From: Lama glama
Taxonomy: Eukaryota
Reading direction: 5' to 3'
NCBI GenBank assembly: GCA_028534125.1
Contig: CM052817.1
Span: forward strand, 35,590,001-35,654,000
DNA length: 64,000 nt
The notes beneath the pieces were generated by a model. It saw only the letters and a program-made list of their open reading frames with translations, searched no databases and was not told the DNA's origin. The position numbers were made by a program, and so were the translations under genes. This document shows positions 52,808 through 62,912 of the stretch, one piece after another (positions within the stretch are counted from its first letter, which is position 1; each line of letters begins with the position of its first letter).

Positions 52808-52999
52808 CAGGGCTTCTCAACCTCAGTACTGTTGACATTTTTGGCTGAGTAATTCTTTGTCAGGGGGAGGCTGTCCTGTGCATTGCACAATTTTTAGGAG
52901 CTTCTGCTCAGCATCCCTTAAATTATGAAACCAAAAGTGTCTCCAGGCTTTGCCAGATGGCCCCTTGGGCTAAGAGTCAACCTGGTTGAGAACCACAGC
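52808..52999 (+). mobile_element. MER20-like MITE
   Basis: cagggcttctcaacctcagtactgttgacatttt..ggctgtcctgtgcattg..ggttgagaaccacag. Confidence 0.7.
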
Positions 53000-55371
53000 T
53001 CTAGTGGGGTGGGGTAGGAGGAGGGCAGTAAAAACTGGAAGCTGAGAAAATAAGGATCAAAAACAGCCTAGTGTAAGCAGCTTGCTTAAAGTACAAGGCT
53101 GGATTCAGGGATATTAGGAGGCAGGACAGACTTGGACTTAGGAGATGGGTAAGAAAACTAGGAGGCAAGAATGAGTTTCAGAGCAGCCCAAGAGACCATT
53201 TGTGTTTACACTGGGAGGGAGAGAAGCCTGGGATTCTTGTTCTGAGAAGTATCAGGGATGTCCATTTTGAGAACTACATAGAGGCATGAGGGTAGACCAC
53301 CACAGTGTTCATTTTTATGAGAGCCAAACAAATTAAGGACGTTTCCTTTCCTAGAAATCTCAATCTGCATTTCAACTTGTATGTTACTGTTTTACCCAAA
53401 AAGAAAACAAATCTAACAGAACTAAGGTCTTTTAGTGTAGAAAAGTGGACAGATCCGTTATTGCTCCTTACATTTATATGCTCACTACTCTGCAACTCCT
53501 GCATGTCTCTGGAGTATTAACTTTGGGGCAGTTATTTCAAAAGAGTTTTAATTTCACTCTGGCTTCCTTAGGAAATCCAGAGAGAAAGCAGCATTTACTC
53601 CTCAAGTCAGGTTGGTTTTATCCTCATTGAAGAGTGTGTGTATATTTTGCATGTTGACTTATTTTCGGTTGCATGAGCATTAGTTAATGGTAAATCACCT
53701 CTGCATTGGATGCACCTACTATTTTTGCAGTAAATACATCCCATCATCATCATCAGAGATATTTACATAGCAGTTACAACAGTGCCCTGGAACTTAATCC
53801 TCTCCACAACCTTGTGACATAGGTACAAGGGACAGAGGTGAAGGAAACTTGCCTAAAGTCACACAGCTTTGTTAAGTGGTGGAGCAGAGCGGGATTTGAA
53901 CCCAGTGGTTCCAATGATCTTAACTGTTATACACTAGCCAACAGTGTCTACAGCATGTCTGGTTAGAGCTGAACAGTCCCTACTCAGTCTATGGAGAACT
54001 TAGTAAGAACAATTTCAGTGGCACAGAAAGGGCCACAGACTGCAGAGGATGGGATGTGAGGAGCAGGAATAAGCTAGATTGTGAAGAGAAGGAATGAGCA
54101 GAACACTGAGTTTTGTTTTGTTTTTTAAAGGTCAGAGAAAAATTTTTTTAATCATGTGAAATAACGTTTATTGCTACCAATTATATAATCAGAATGTTTC
54201 TTGAGGAAAATTTGGAAAATATTCACATACACGAAAATAAAAACTATCTCAAATGCTAGTAACCAGAGAGACTAATAGTTAACATTTCATTTAACAGATA
54301 ACTGTATTTTAGATCAATTACAGTATTATGCAGATAAACTATTTATTTATGCTATGTCAGTTTCAGGAATACAGCAAAGTGATTCAGTTATACATATACA
54401 TATACATATATATATACTTTTTGGATTCTTTTCCATTATAGGTTATTACAAGATATTGAATATAGTTTCCTGTGCTATACAGTAGGTCCTTGTTGTTTAT
54501 CCATTTTAATATATAGTAAGTGTGTATCTGTTAATCCCAAATTCCTAATTTATCCCTCCCCCCAGCCCTTTTCCCCTTTGGTAACCATAGTTTGTTTTCT
54601 CTGTCTATGAGTCTATTTGTGGTTTCTAAATGAGCTCATTTGTATCTTTTTTTTTTAAATACATATAATGCAATCATACGATGCTTGTCTTTCTAAGATT
54701 GGAGAAATTTTAACACACTACTCATGGGCTGAAGTTAGGAACAAGCAGAGCAGGAGAGAAGAGGTACGAAACTCTGTGTCTGGGATTAAGAACCTGGGAG
54801 GACAGCTTTTCCACCCCAACGATGACTGCTCAATTTTGGCACTTCTGACATCTTGCACCTGGTAAGTCTTGGCTGTGGGGGCTGTCCTGTGCACTGCAGG
54901 ATGGTTAGCATCCTCTCTGGGTTCCCCCTCTAGATGCCAGCAGCACCCCAAGTTGTGAGAATACCTGTAACTTCTCTTCACTCAGCACTATCCAATACAA
55001 CTTTCTCCAATGACGTGGCTGTTGGGCAGTTGAAAAGTGGCCACTACAACAGAAGAATTGAATTTTAAATTTTATTTACTTTTAATCAGTTTATTTAAAT
55101 AGCCACATATGGATACCATACTGGATACTGTCACCTAGAGAAAACCCAGCTCTGTCACTATTCCAGGATCAGTCCAATCCAACATCTCTTTTCTTGTAAG
55201 AGTCCACCTCACTTTATAGCCAAAATCCTCAAGGTGAACAAGGTCAGGGGAGAGCTAGCTGATGGTATAACAAAGTTGGTTCTGTCCAACAAAGGCTTTC
55301 TTAACAGGGCTGTGGGACTATCACAGGGGACGTTAACCTAACTGTGCAACTGTCAAAGCCTGTCCTCTCAC

Positions 55372-55488
55372 CTTGAGTAATGTATGACCCACCCGCTTCT
55401 GATACAGAGTATCTGCCTTGTCCAAGGAAGTAATGTGCACGGGAAGGAAGTCTGAAGCCACAGCTATAAACCAAGCTGACTGATTTCC
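55372..55488 (-). pseudogene. NOA1: NOA1 exon 5 (open, 117 bp)
   Basis: [39 protein letters not shown] with AG and GT intact. Confidence 0.92.
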
Positions 55489-56520
55489 CTTAAGAAAGGA
55501 AGAAAGAACTTATTTTAAACAATGGAAAACTTGTAAAATTAGTACATTGCAAGGTACAATTTGAAAAAAATCAAACTCCCTTTTAAAATACTGATATGGC
55601 ATTGTAAAATGACTATAACTCAATAAAAAATTGTTTAAAAAAATACTGATATGGCAGCTGTAATAAAAGTAATGCCTAAAAAAAAGGGGGGGGGGCAAAA
55701 TATGGCAGAAGCAGTGCATTTCATCTGTCCATGGAACTATGATTCCTTTCATAGGCTTCCTGATACTTAATAAAAAACAAAAACAAAAACAACCACAACA
55801 GCTTCTGTTATAAAAAGGAAAAGGAAATATTGTCTACTTTAACTGTCCCTGTATAAAGTTAGGTTTATAATATTAACATTCTATGAGCTCTAAGGGAATA
55901 CATACAGGGTTTAAGTGTGTAAGGCCAAATTTCCAGCAAATTATAAACCCACACAAACCCAAGAAGTTGTTCTAGGCAATGGCCTGCAAATTACATTCAG
56001 TGCTGTTGGACATATCCATGTTTCATTTTCCTTTTTCTCTTCACTTTGGCAAAACAGGAATCAATTCTACAGATACTCTAAAATCCCTGAATGATGCTAT
56101 GTAAATGAATACCAAACAAAAAAATATGTAAAAGTATACACAGCATGGGATATAAAAAGTGTAGAATTTAATTAATGCATATAAGCTCTGTACCTAAACT
56201 TGTGACCTCTGACTTCCATGTAAAACAATACCACAGGAGACAGAAAATATCTTTTCTTAATGCCAAGGTGTATGGGGCACTCAACTTCCTATTGAAAATA
56301 TAGGTTTTAATACCTAGTACTTTTTTTTTTCCCATTTCCTTTTCCTAAGTTTTTATTACAGACATTTTCAAACACACGCATACACACACAAAAGAACAGT
56401 ATATCAGCCCTACAAAAGGAAGACCTAGTTATCAACATCTTGCCAGTTTTGTTCATCTATCTGCTTCCTTAAAGTAAATCCCAATACTAAGTCATTTTTA
56501 GTGGTACAGACTTTCCTCAC

Positions 56521-56650
56521 CTACAGAAAATCTATATGGCCTATGGTACCCAAATATAGAACCATTCCTGGTTTAAGCACAAAAGTTCTTGGAACAATGG
56601 AGTGTGTTGGCAAAACAATATTTACTTCTTTTTCTGTTATGATTTAAAAT
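56521..56650 (-). pseudogene. NOA1: NOA1 exon 4 remnant
   Basis: ILN, then a -2 frameshift, then [38 protein letters not shown]; the last codon is TAG. Confidence 0.92.
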
Positions 56651-59041
56651 CTGTAAAGCAAAGGGCAAATTTTTAAAAGAATTACTTTCAATGAACATAT
56701 GATATATTGTGATTTACCTTTAAGATAAAAAGTGATGATAAAATATTCCAGATTTCACAATAAAGCAAAGTATATAATTCAGATTTTGCTGCACATAAAA
56801 TTCATATATTCTTTCTGTTTAAATGAATCATTTTACAAATGGCTCTACTCTGTTTTACAACTTAATCTTGAATAATGGCAAAATAACTTTATAGGAGTGT
56901 GAGACAGCAGCATCCTCCAAATTCTGTCAAATTTTGTGTGAACTGAAAGTACTGACGATTCAGTCAGTCGTACGTTAGAAAACATGTTGTCTCCATCAAA
57001 GGCTTCTGGGGAGCAGCAGTTTTCAGCTAACGGTCAGGCAATGTCCTACATTCTATTCTAGTGGCAAGTATGCATGCATTAGGTGCAAAATGATGAGCAA
57101 GTAAAGAGCCTGAAGAACCTTTTCTAAATTCCAGTCTTTGGTTTCCTTATTTCTCCCAAATACTCAGCACAAAAGAGAGAGAGAGATAGAGAAAGTTATG
57201 AATCCTGTGGCTTCTAAGGATAAAGAGCTCCTAAACAGACTAGAGGAAATAGAAAGGAAAGCTAGGCAGTAGAAGATTCTGCTAAGATTTAAGGAATAAA
57301 AATCTGGTTAAAAAAATAGAGACAGTAAAAGCAAACAAATAGATAAACTTTTGAGCACTTGCTTCTCACGAGAAAATAACAAGATTAAAAAATGTGTGAT
57401 ACTCAGTGAGGCTCACAAAAAATACATAATGGGGCTGCAATGTTTTTCTTAGTATTTATGTTTGACAAAGCATATTAAAAGCCACCTGCAGTAAAGAAAT
57501 CTTTTAAGTCTTTTATACCAGAGACCCTAATAATTTCATTTCACAACAGTGTTCCTTGGTTCAGTTTGGGAAACACTGGTTGAAGGCATCAAGTAAATAG
57601 ATCTCAATAAACTGACACTGAATCCTACTGCCTGAGAGAACTTTTGTATCTAAAACCTTGCAGATCTCACTGCCGGGTTCTTGCCTTTCTGACTAATTGA
57701 CAAGAGAGTACACATGACCAAAGTAACTGCTATCCCTGACCTGAGTCTAAAGGAAAGAATGAATTGGTGAAGTTAAAGTGACAGAACATTACTAGGAAGC
57801 AGTGCAGTTGCTCTGAAGTTCTGGATTGCTAAAGAAGAAAAGACTGGACACAAACAATTATTGCAGAGGGCAAAAAAGGTTAAAAGACCTATATGGGGAC
57901 ACCAGATGGGATACAATTCTGAGAATGAAACTATAAGTGATTCTGATGAGGCAAAGGGAGGAAAAATACTTCAGAATCTAATGTTGTTTCACAGAGCCAT
58001 ACACAGACGATTAGGTAAATTAGAACCTGGTCAGTAACCAGATTCAGAGGAAGCTGATTAATGGATCTGTTGTAAGGCTGCATCCTAAATGCACACTTGA
58101 CTCAATTGATGACTTGGATGATGATCCAAACTGCAAATGAATAAAAGGTTGCGAGATTTAATGAGCATGTAGGATATAGGCTGAATTGAAGATAAAATCA
58201 AAGTTGCCCAGGAGATTCTGCAATTGGATTAAAAAGATGTGTAAAAACAAGATAGGTAGAACTAATCCTATTCCAAATTAGGCTCATCCGAGGCGCTTAT
58301 ACAACAAATTTAGTTGTTTATGTCATACTTTGAGAACAAAAACAAATTAGAAATCATTGTGACAAGGGGCCTGTGTTCATCACTAGCCTATCAGAGAGAA
58401 GAGCTACAGGAAACGAAGACAAATTGTCTGGATTACATCAGCACAGTAAGTATTCCATCTTTGTTGGATGAACCAGTGAAAGAGAAGAAAAAAGTAGAAT
58501 GAAGGAGAGAGAGGACATTATACTTTAAAACACTTCAAAGTCTGCCAAAGGAAAGAGGCATTACATTTGTTCTGTACGGCTTTGGGGAACAAGACAAGTG
58601 ACAGGGAGACTGCTCAGCTCAACACAAAGAACAGGTCAGAGACCAAAGGGGTGACTTTGGAAGGTGTGGTGACACTGCTTCAGCTGAATGTGTCATGCCT
58701 TACTTCAGTTCAAGCTGGGTGCACCTCTTGATGGATATGTTACAGAGGGAATTCAAGCATGAAATAGGTGACTGGACTGCAGTGATATGATTTCTTTCAA
58801 CCTCCAAAATCTAGGATTCTGTAAATGTCTCTCTCACTAAGGAAACCACAAAGATATAAGTAGGTTATCAGCAGTAAAGCATACCAAATGGCATATAGAA
58901 CTTGATGGCATATAGATTTTCCCTGTTTTAATTAGTGAAATCAGGATTTAGTTTAAAATGAAAGTATACCTCCTTTTCTGCCAGTTAAGACAGACTCTTG
59001 CAACTGAAAGTTATTGTTTCTAAAAGACATCAAAAACATAC

Positions 59042-59240
59042 ACAATTTTCTTTTGTAATTCCAGAGGGGTGTCGTAAAACCAGTGCGCATCTTTCCCATC
59101 TTGTGGGGTTAATTCTACTCATTTGGTGGATTTATCTCCAACCATAACATGTTGGTTTCCCATGTCAGAGTTAAGGGAATCAGTATCAAACTCAAAGAAG
59201 CTTCATCTTTCTGAATACAAGAATGTTCTTTTAATTCTTC
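59042..59240 (-). pseudogene. NOA1: NOA1 exon 3 remnant
   Basis: [41 protein letters not shown], +2 insertion, GITKENC. Confidence 0.92.
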
Positions 59241-59828
59241 CTAGAATAATTTATATTGAAGCTAGTAGTCTCTCCTTTAAAGCTTTTGACTCAAGACGTA
59301 TAATTCTTATATTTGCCTCAAACAAATTACTAAGTATGGAGTATGGAATGAGACTACAATGATGCTTTATTTCCAAAGGCAGTGGGAGTCAGACTCTTAA
59401 TGATTAAGTGTGTGGCTAGCTGTGCACATTGCTCAGGATGGGGATGTAGGGGTGGGTAGTGTTGGAAATCAAACTGTTTTTAGTAAAGGAAGACGAAAAG
59501 AGGTACCAAGGAAAGGAGGGCAATCTACTTTGAAGCTGCAATAGATCAAAGACCTATACTGGTTTGCAAGGAGATGGCTAGTATCTTAGTGAAAATATTT
59601 CTACTGCTGACAGTGGCCAGATGAGCAGTTATTCATGTTTCCTTTCCTAATTTCTCCATGCATCTGCTGTATCAATTTTCTCGTCACAATGAACTCTGGG
59701 TTTCCAAACAGCCTTGTCTCTAAAGGACCTTATGTACCCAAATGACTAAGTAATTTCTCCCTCCAAAACTGGCTAGCCCAGAATATAAGCATAGACCCAA
59801 CAAGAGGTTTCCTATAGAAGGTGCTTAC

Positions 59829-59985
59829 CTACTACATAACCATGTTTTTTCAAGAGAGTAAGTTGATTTTGTTCCTGCCATTCTACTGCTTCTGTTGCAT
59901 CTTGTTAAAGCCTTCTTTGCCTTTGAAACATCCTGTAAGGAGTTGGATTACAAATAGGAAACTTGAGAAGGTTTTAATGTAGCAC
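59829..59985 (-). pseudogene. NOA1: NOA1 exon 2 remnant
   Basis: ATL, +1 insertion, [42 protein letters not shown]. Confidence 0.92.
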
Positions 59986-60951
59986 CTGAAGCAGCAAAGA
60001 ATAAATACGTTGTTATAAACATTGTATAAGAAAAGAGAATAAGGAGAGAAAACTTAACATTTAGGAGGAGCTACACTATCTTAGGTACTGTGGTTATTTC
60101 ACTCAGCTTTCATGACAGCTCTCTACAAAATTATTCCTACTTTACAGACTAGGAAACAGGATCAGAGACTGGCTCACAGGCTTAATTAATAACTAGGAGT
60201 TGAATCCCAAATCTGTAGGCCTGATTTCTTTCTATTTCCCCCGTACTACTAACTGGTATTAAAGCACTTCTGCGTATAATTCAACCAAAGTCCGCTACAG
60301 GAAAAACAGCTTTTCAAAGTTAAGGACTGGTTTCAAAGGAACAAACGAAGTAGTTAGTTTTGCAGCTGTTAAATACAAACAGGGTTATAGAAGAACCCAT
60401 TTTACAATTACTATAGATGTGTCTTAAAGTCACAAAGTTGACACTTCTTCTCAATGAAGCCACACATCACATTGCCTTAGTGAATTATTTCAATGTTAAA
60501 CCTGTTTAGTATTCTTATGAGTGAACTGAAGCCATGAGGGGTAAGACTGAGGGGTGGAGAGAGGCTTAGAAAGTAAATGAAGGACTTTCTGGAGAAACAT
60601 ACAAAGAACTAAAGTTACAACGGAAACCTCCAAGAGAGCAGGAACTTCCTGTGTCCCCTGGTTCATCTATACAGCCAGAACAGTGACTGGAACATGGACT
60701 CAAGTATTCCTATTGGAAAGTTACCACAACAAATACTGAATTTCCAAACACTAAACTGCCACGAAAGAGAGATGTGACCAAAGTAGTTTAGTGCATTTTT
60801 CCTTTAAAAGGAAAAACTTCTGCTAGCTCCTAGTGGACATTAAGGAAGGATACAGTACTACGTGCCTGAACCATAATCAGACTTCCACTTCAGAAAACAA
60901 AGTCAGACTTCCACTTCAGAAAACAAAGGGGATGAGAGTCCTAATACTCAC

Positions 60952-62062
60952 CAGGCCAAGGGGAAATCGGTAGCCCTGTCGATAGCCTCAGTACCCTTGG
61001 TGATGCAGTAATCGGACTCCAGGAGTGTGTTGAAGAGAGTGGTCTTGCTAGCGTTGATGGCGCCAACCAAGCGGACGGCGCCGCGGTAGTGCCAGGAGCG
61101 CTGGAGCACAGAGATCAATTCTTCGACTCCATAGCCAGTCTTGGCGCTGATGAGCCGCATGTCCCTGAGCACTGTGCGGGACTTTGGCCGAAGGATTCAC
61201 ATTCTCCGCCCCGTACCGAGGCTGTTCCTTGTTCGGGTGTTGTGGCCCTCGGTAGCCAGGGGGCGGCAGGATCCCGGCGCGGGCACAGTCGTCCCACAGT
61301 CGCTCCTGGAGCCGCTGCCGGTAACCAGCAGTATCCTGGGACAGGAGGTCCACCTTGTTTCCTAGCACGATCAGCTGCTTGGGGCCCACCATCGCGGGCA
61401 GGTGAGGCAGCAGGTTGTCCGGCATATCAAGGAGGTCCACCATACAGAGCACCAGGGAGGGCTCGGGCCGCCGCAGCGCGGCGCTCACCAGCTCCAGGTA
61501 CCGCTCGCGGCTCATCTGCAGACGCAGGGCGCGCCGGTGATGAATCAGCCGCCAGCAGCGCTGGCACACCTTCCGCGCCAGCCCGCGGTCTTTCTGTGCA
61601 GCTCCTCCACGAAACCTGAACAGTTCAGGAGGCTGAGCTGCACCGTCGAGTCCGGATGCCCCACGACCAGGTGCACTTGCCGGCAGGCCATTAAAGTCTG
61701 CTGTCCCTGCTCCTCCTGCCCTGTTGCATCTGTCGCTCCTTCTCCTCCTGCCCTGTTCCATCTGTCGCTCCTTCTCCTCCTGTTGCTGCTGCTGCTGCAG
61801 CTTCCGCAGCTGGTCTTGGAGGCTCCGGGACGTACTCGGGGAACAGAAAATGCTCCTCCATGTCAGCCCTTCCTTCGTAACCCCCGGGAGTCGCTGTCGG
61901 GCCACGGGGAGGCCCACGACCCAGACCCGATGCGTGCTGGGAGCAGCCGTCCGCGCATCTTCTCTCGTGGAGCTTCTCCGGCAGTCCATGTCGCACTACC
62001 ATGAGAGCGGATGGCTGCAGGATCCTGCAGAACAGCCTAAGAGTGAGACGCGCGGGAAGCAT
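60952..62062 (-). pseudogene. NOA1: NOA1 exon 1 remnant
   Basis: Homology is split across all three frames (ORFs 61691-62113, 61048-61989, 60948-61172); ATG at 62062, donor G|GTGAG after 60952. Confidence 0.94.
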
Positions 62063-62897
62063 GAGAAATGCGAAAGCAGGTAAAGGGGTGGAGCCACCTG
62101 TTCGCACGCGCACTGAGGCCCCAGAGTCGCGTTAATTACTGGAGGAAAGCTCGGGACGACCTGAGAGCAGTCATTTGTCAGTTGGCGCACTAGAGCTCCT
62201 CCTCCTAAAGCTAATGTCGTGAGTTCTCGCGATGAAAGCTCCGTGGCCTGGAAATCCACTTAACACGGAGGTAAAATTACTAGGGACTTAGAGACTGAGC
62301 TGGGTTAGACAATTAGATTAGTTAATGAGAGTGTGTTTACTTTCAGGCTTCTTTAACGCGCCGCAGCTTACCCTACCTGCCGTTAAGAAATCACATTTTT
62401 AAAAGCTTTGCGTTTTTTAGTTTTTGGAGCTGGAAAAAAATTGAACATCGAATATCCCAGACACATGGCCATGGTTAGAATCATGGCCATTAATATATTT
62501 ATTTGGCTTTTTTTCATGGCCACAATTAAAATCTATAATTAATACATCTTCTTGGCTTTTTTGTTTCAGGTGTTACTACTTCTGCAACAATATTAAAAGG
62601 CAGAACTCACCGGCTTGATCGGAGTCACAGAGTGTAGGCGTGGTTCTCGCGGTTAGCTCCACGAGGCTTCAACCCACAAATTGCGCATGTGCCGACTAAC
62701 CCTTCGCGAACTTAGCCCACCCTTCGCGCAGGCGCACACGATATATAGGCGTCTTTGTGGGCGGAGCTTTGCGTGGGACGCAGCGTATTCTGGGAACGCC
62801 GGAGACGGAAATTACTTCGCCACACTGCGGTCGTCGGACTCGCTTGAGCGCTTGTCTGTGATTTCTGGAGTTCGGAGCTGGTGAACTGTTTTCTAAC
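62063..62897. promoter_or_regulatory. Bidirectional NOA1/POLR2B promoter region
   Basis: CpG-rich patches; NRF1-like TGCGCATGTGC 62682-62692 and GCGCAGGCGCA 62726-62736; ETS-like CGGAAAT at 62806; head-to-head arrangement as in other mammals. Confidence 0.65.
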
Positions 62898-62912
62898 CTG
62901 TATGACGCGGAC
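62898..62912 (+). pseudogene. POLR2B: POLR2B first coding exon remnant (ATG changed to CTG, donor missing)
   Basis: CTG TAT GAC GCG GAC gives (L)YDAD, versus the RPB2 N-terminus MYDADE, at the syntenic position and orientation. No GAG G|GT follows. Confidence 0.6.

Larger units (their letters stand above)
51066..62062 (-). pseudogene. NOA1: NOA1 (nitric oxide associated 1, mitochondrial circularly permuted GTPase), intron-containing pseudogene
   Basis: Seven exons in order: 62062-60952, 59985-59829, 59240-59042, 56650-56521, 55488-55372, ~51772-51668, 51357-51155; AATAAA at 51071-51066. Peptides [63 protein letters not shown]. Six exons are disrupted. Confidence 0.93.

Noticed and set aside
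51155..62062. NOA1 lesions as sequencing or assembly errors
   Set aside because: They include nonsense substitutions, multi-base deletions, a diverged duplication and catalytic missense changes across six exons, while REST nearby is clean. Single homopolymer indels could individually be errors.
51155..62062. NOA1 copy as a processed pseudogene
   Set aside because: All six introns and the syntenic position are retained.
61089..62083. Plus-strand ORFs of 119-200 aa opposite NOA1 exon 1
   Set aside because: Antisense shadows of GC-rich former coding sequence with no independent support.
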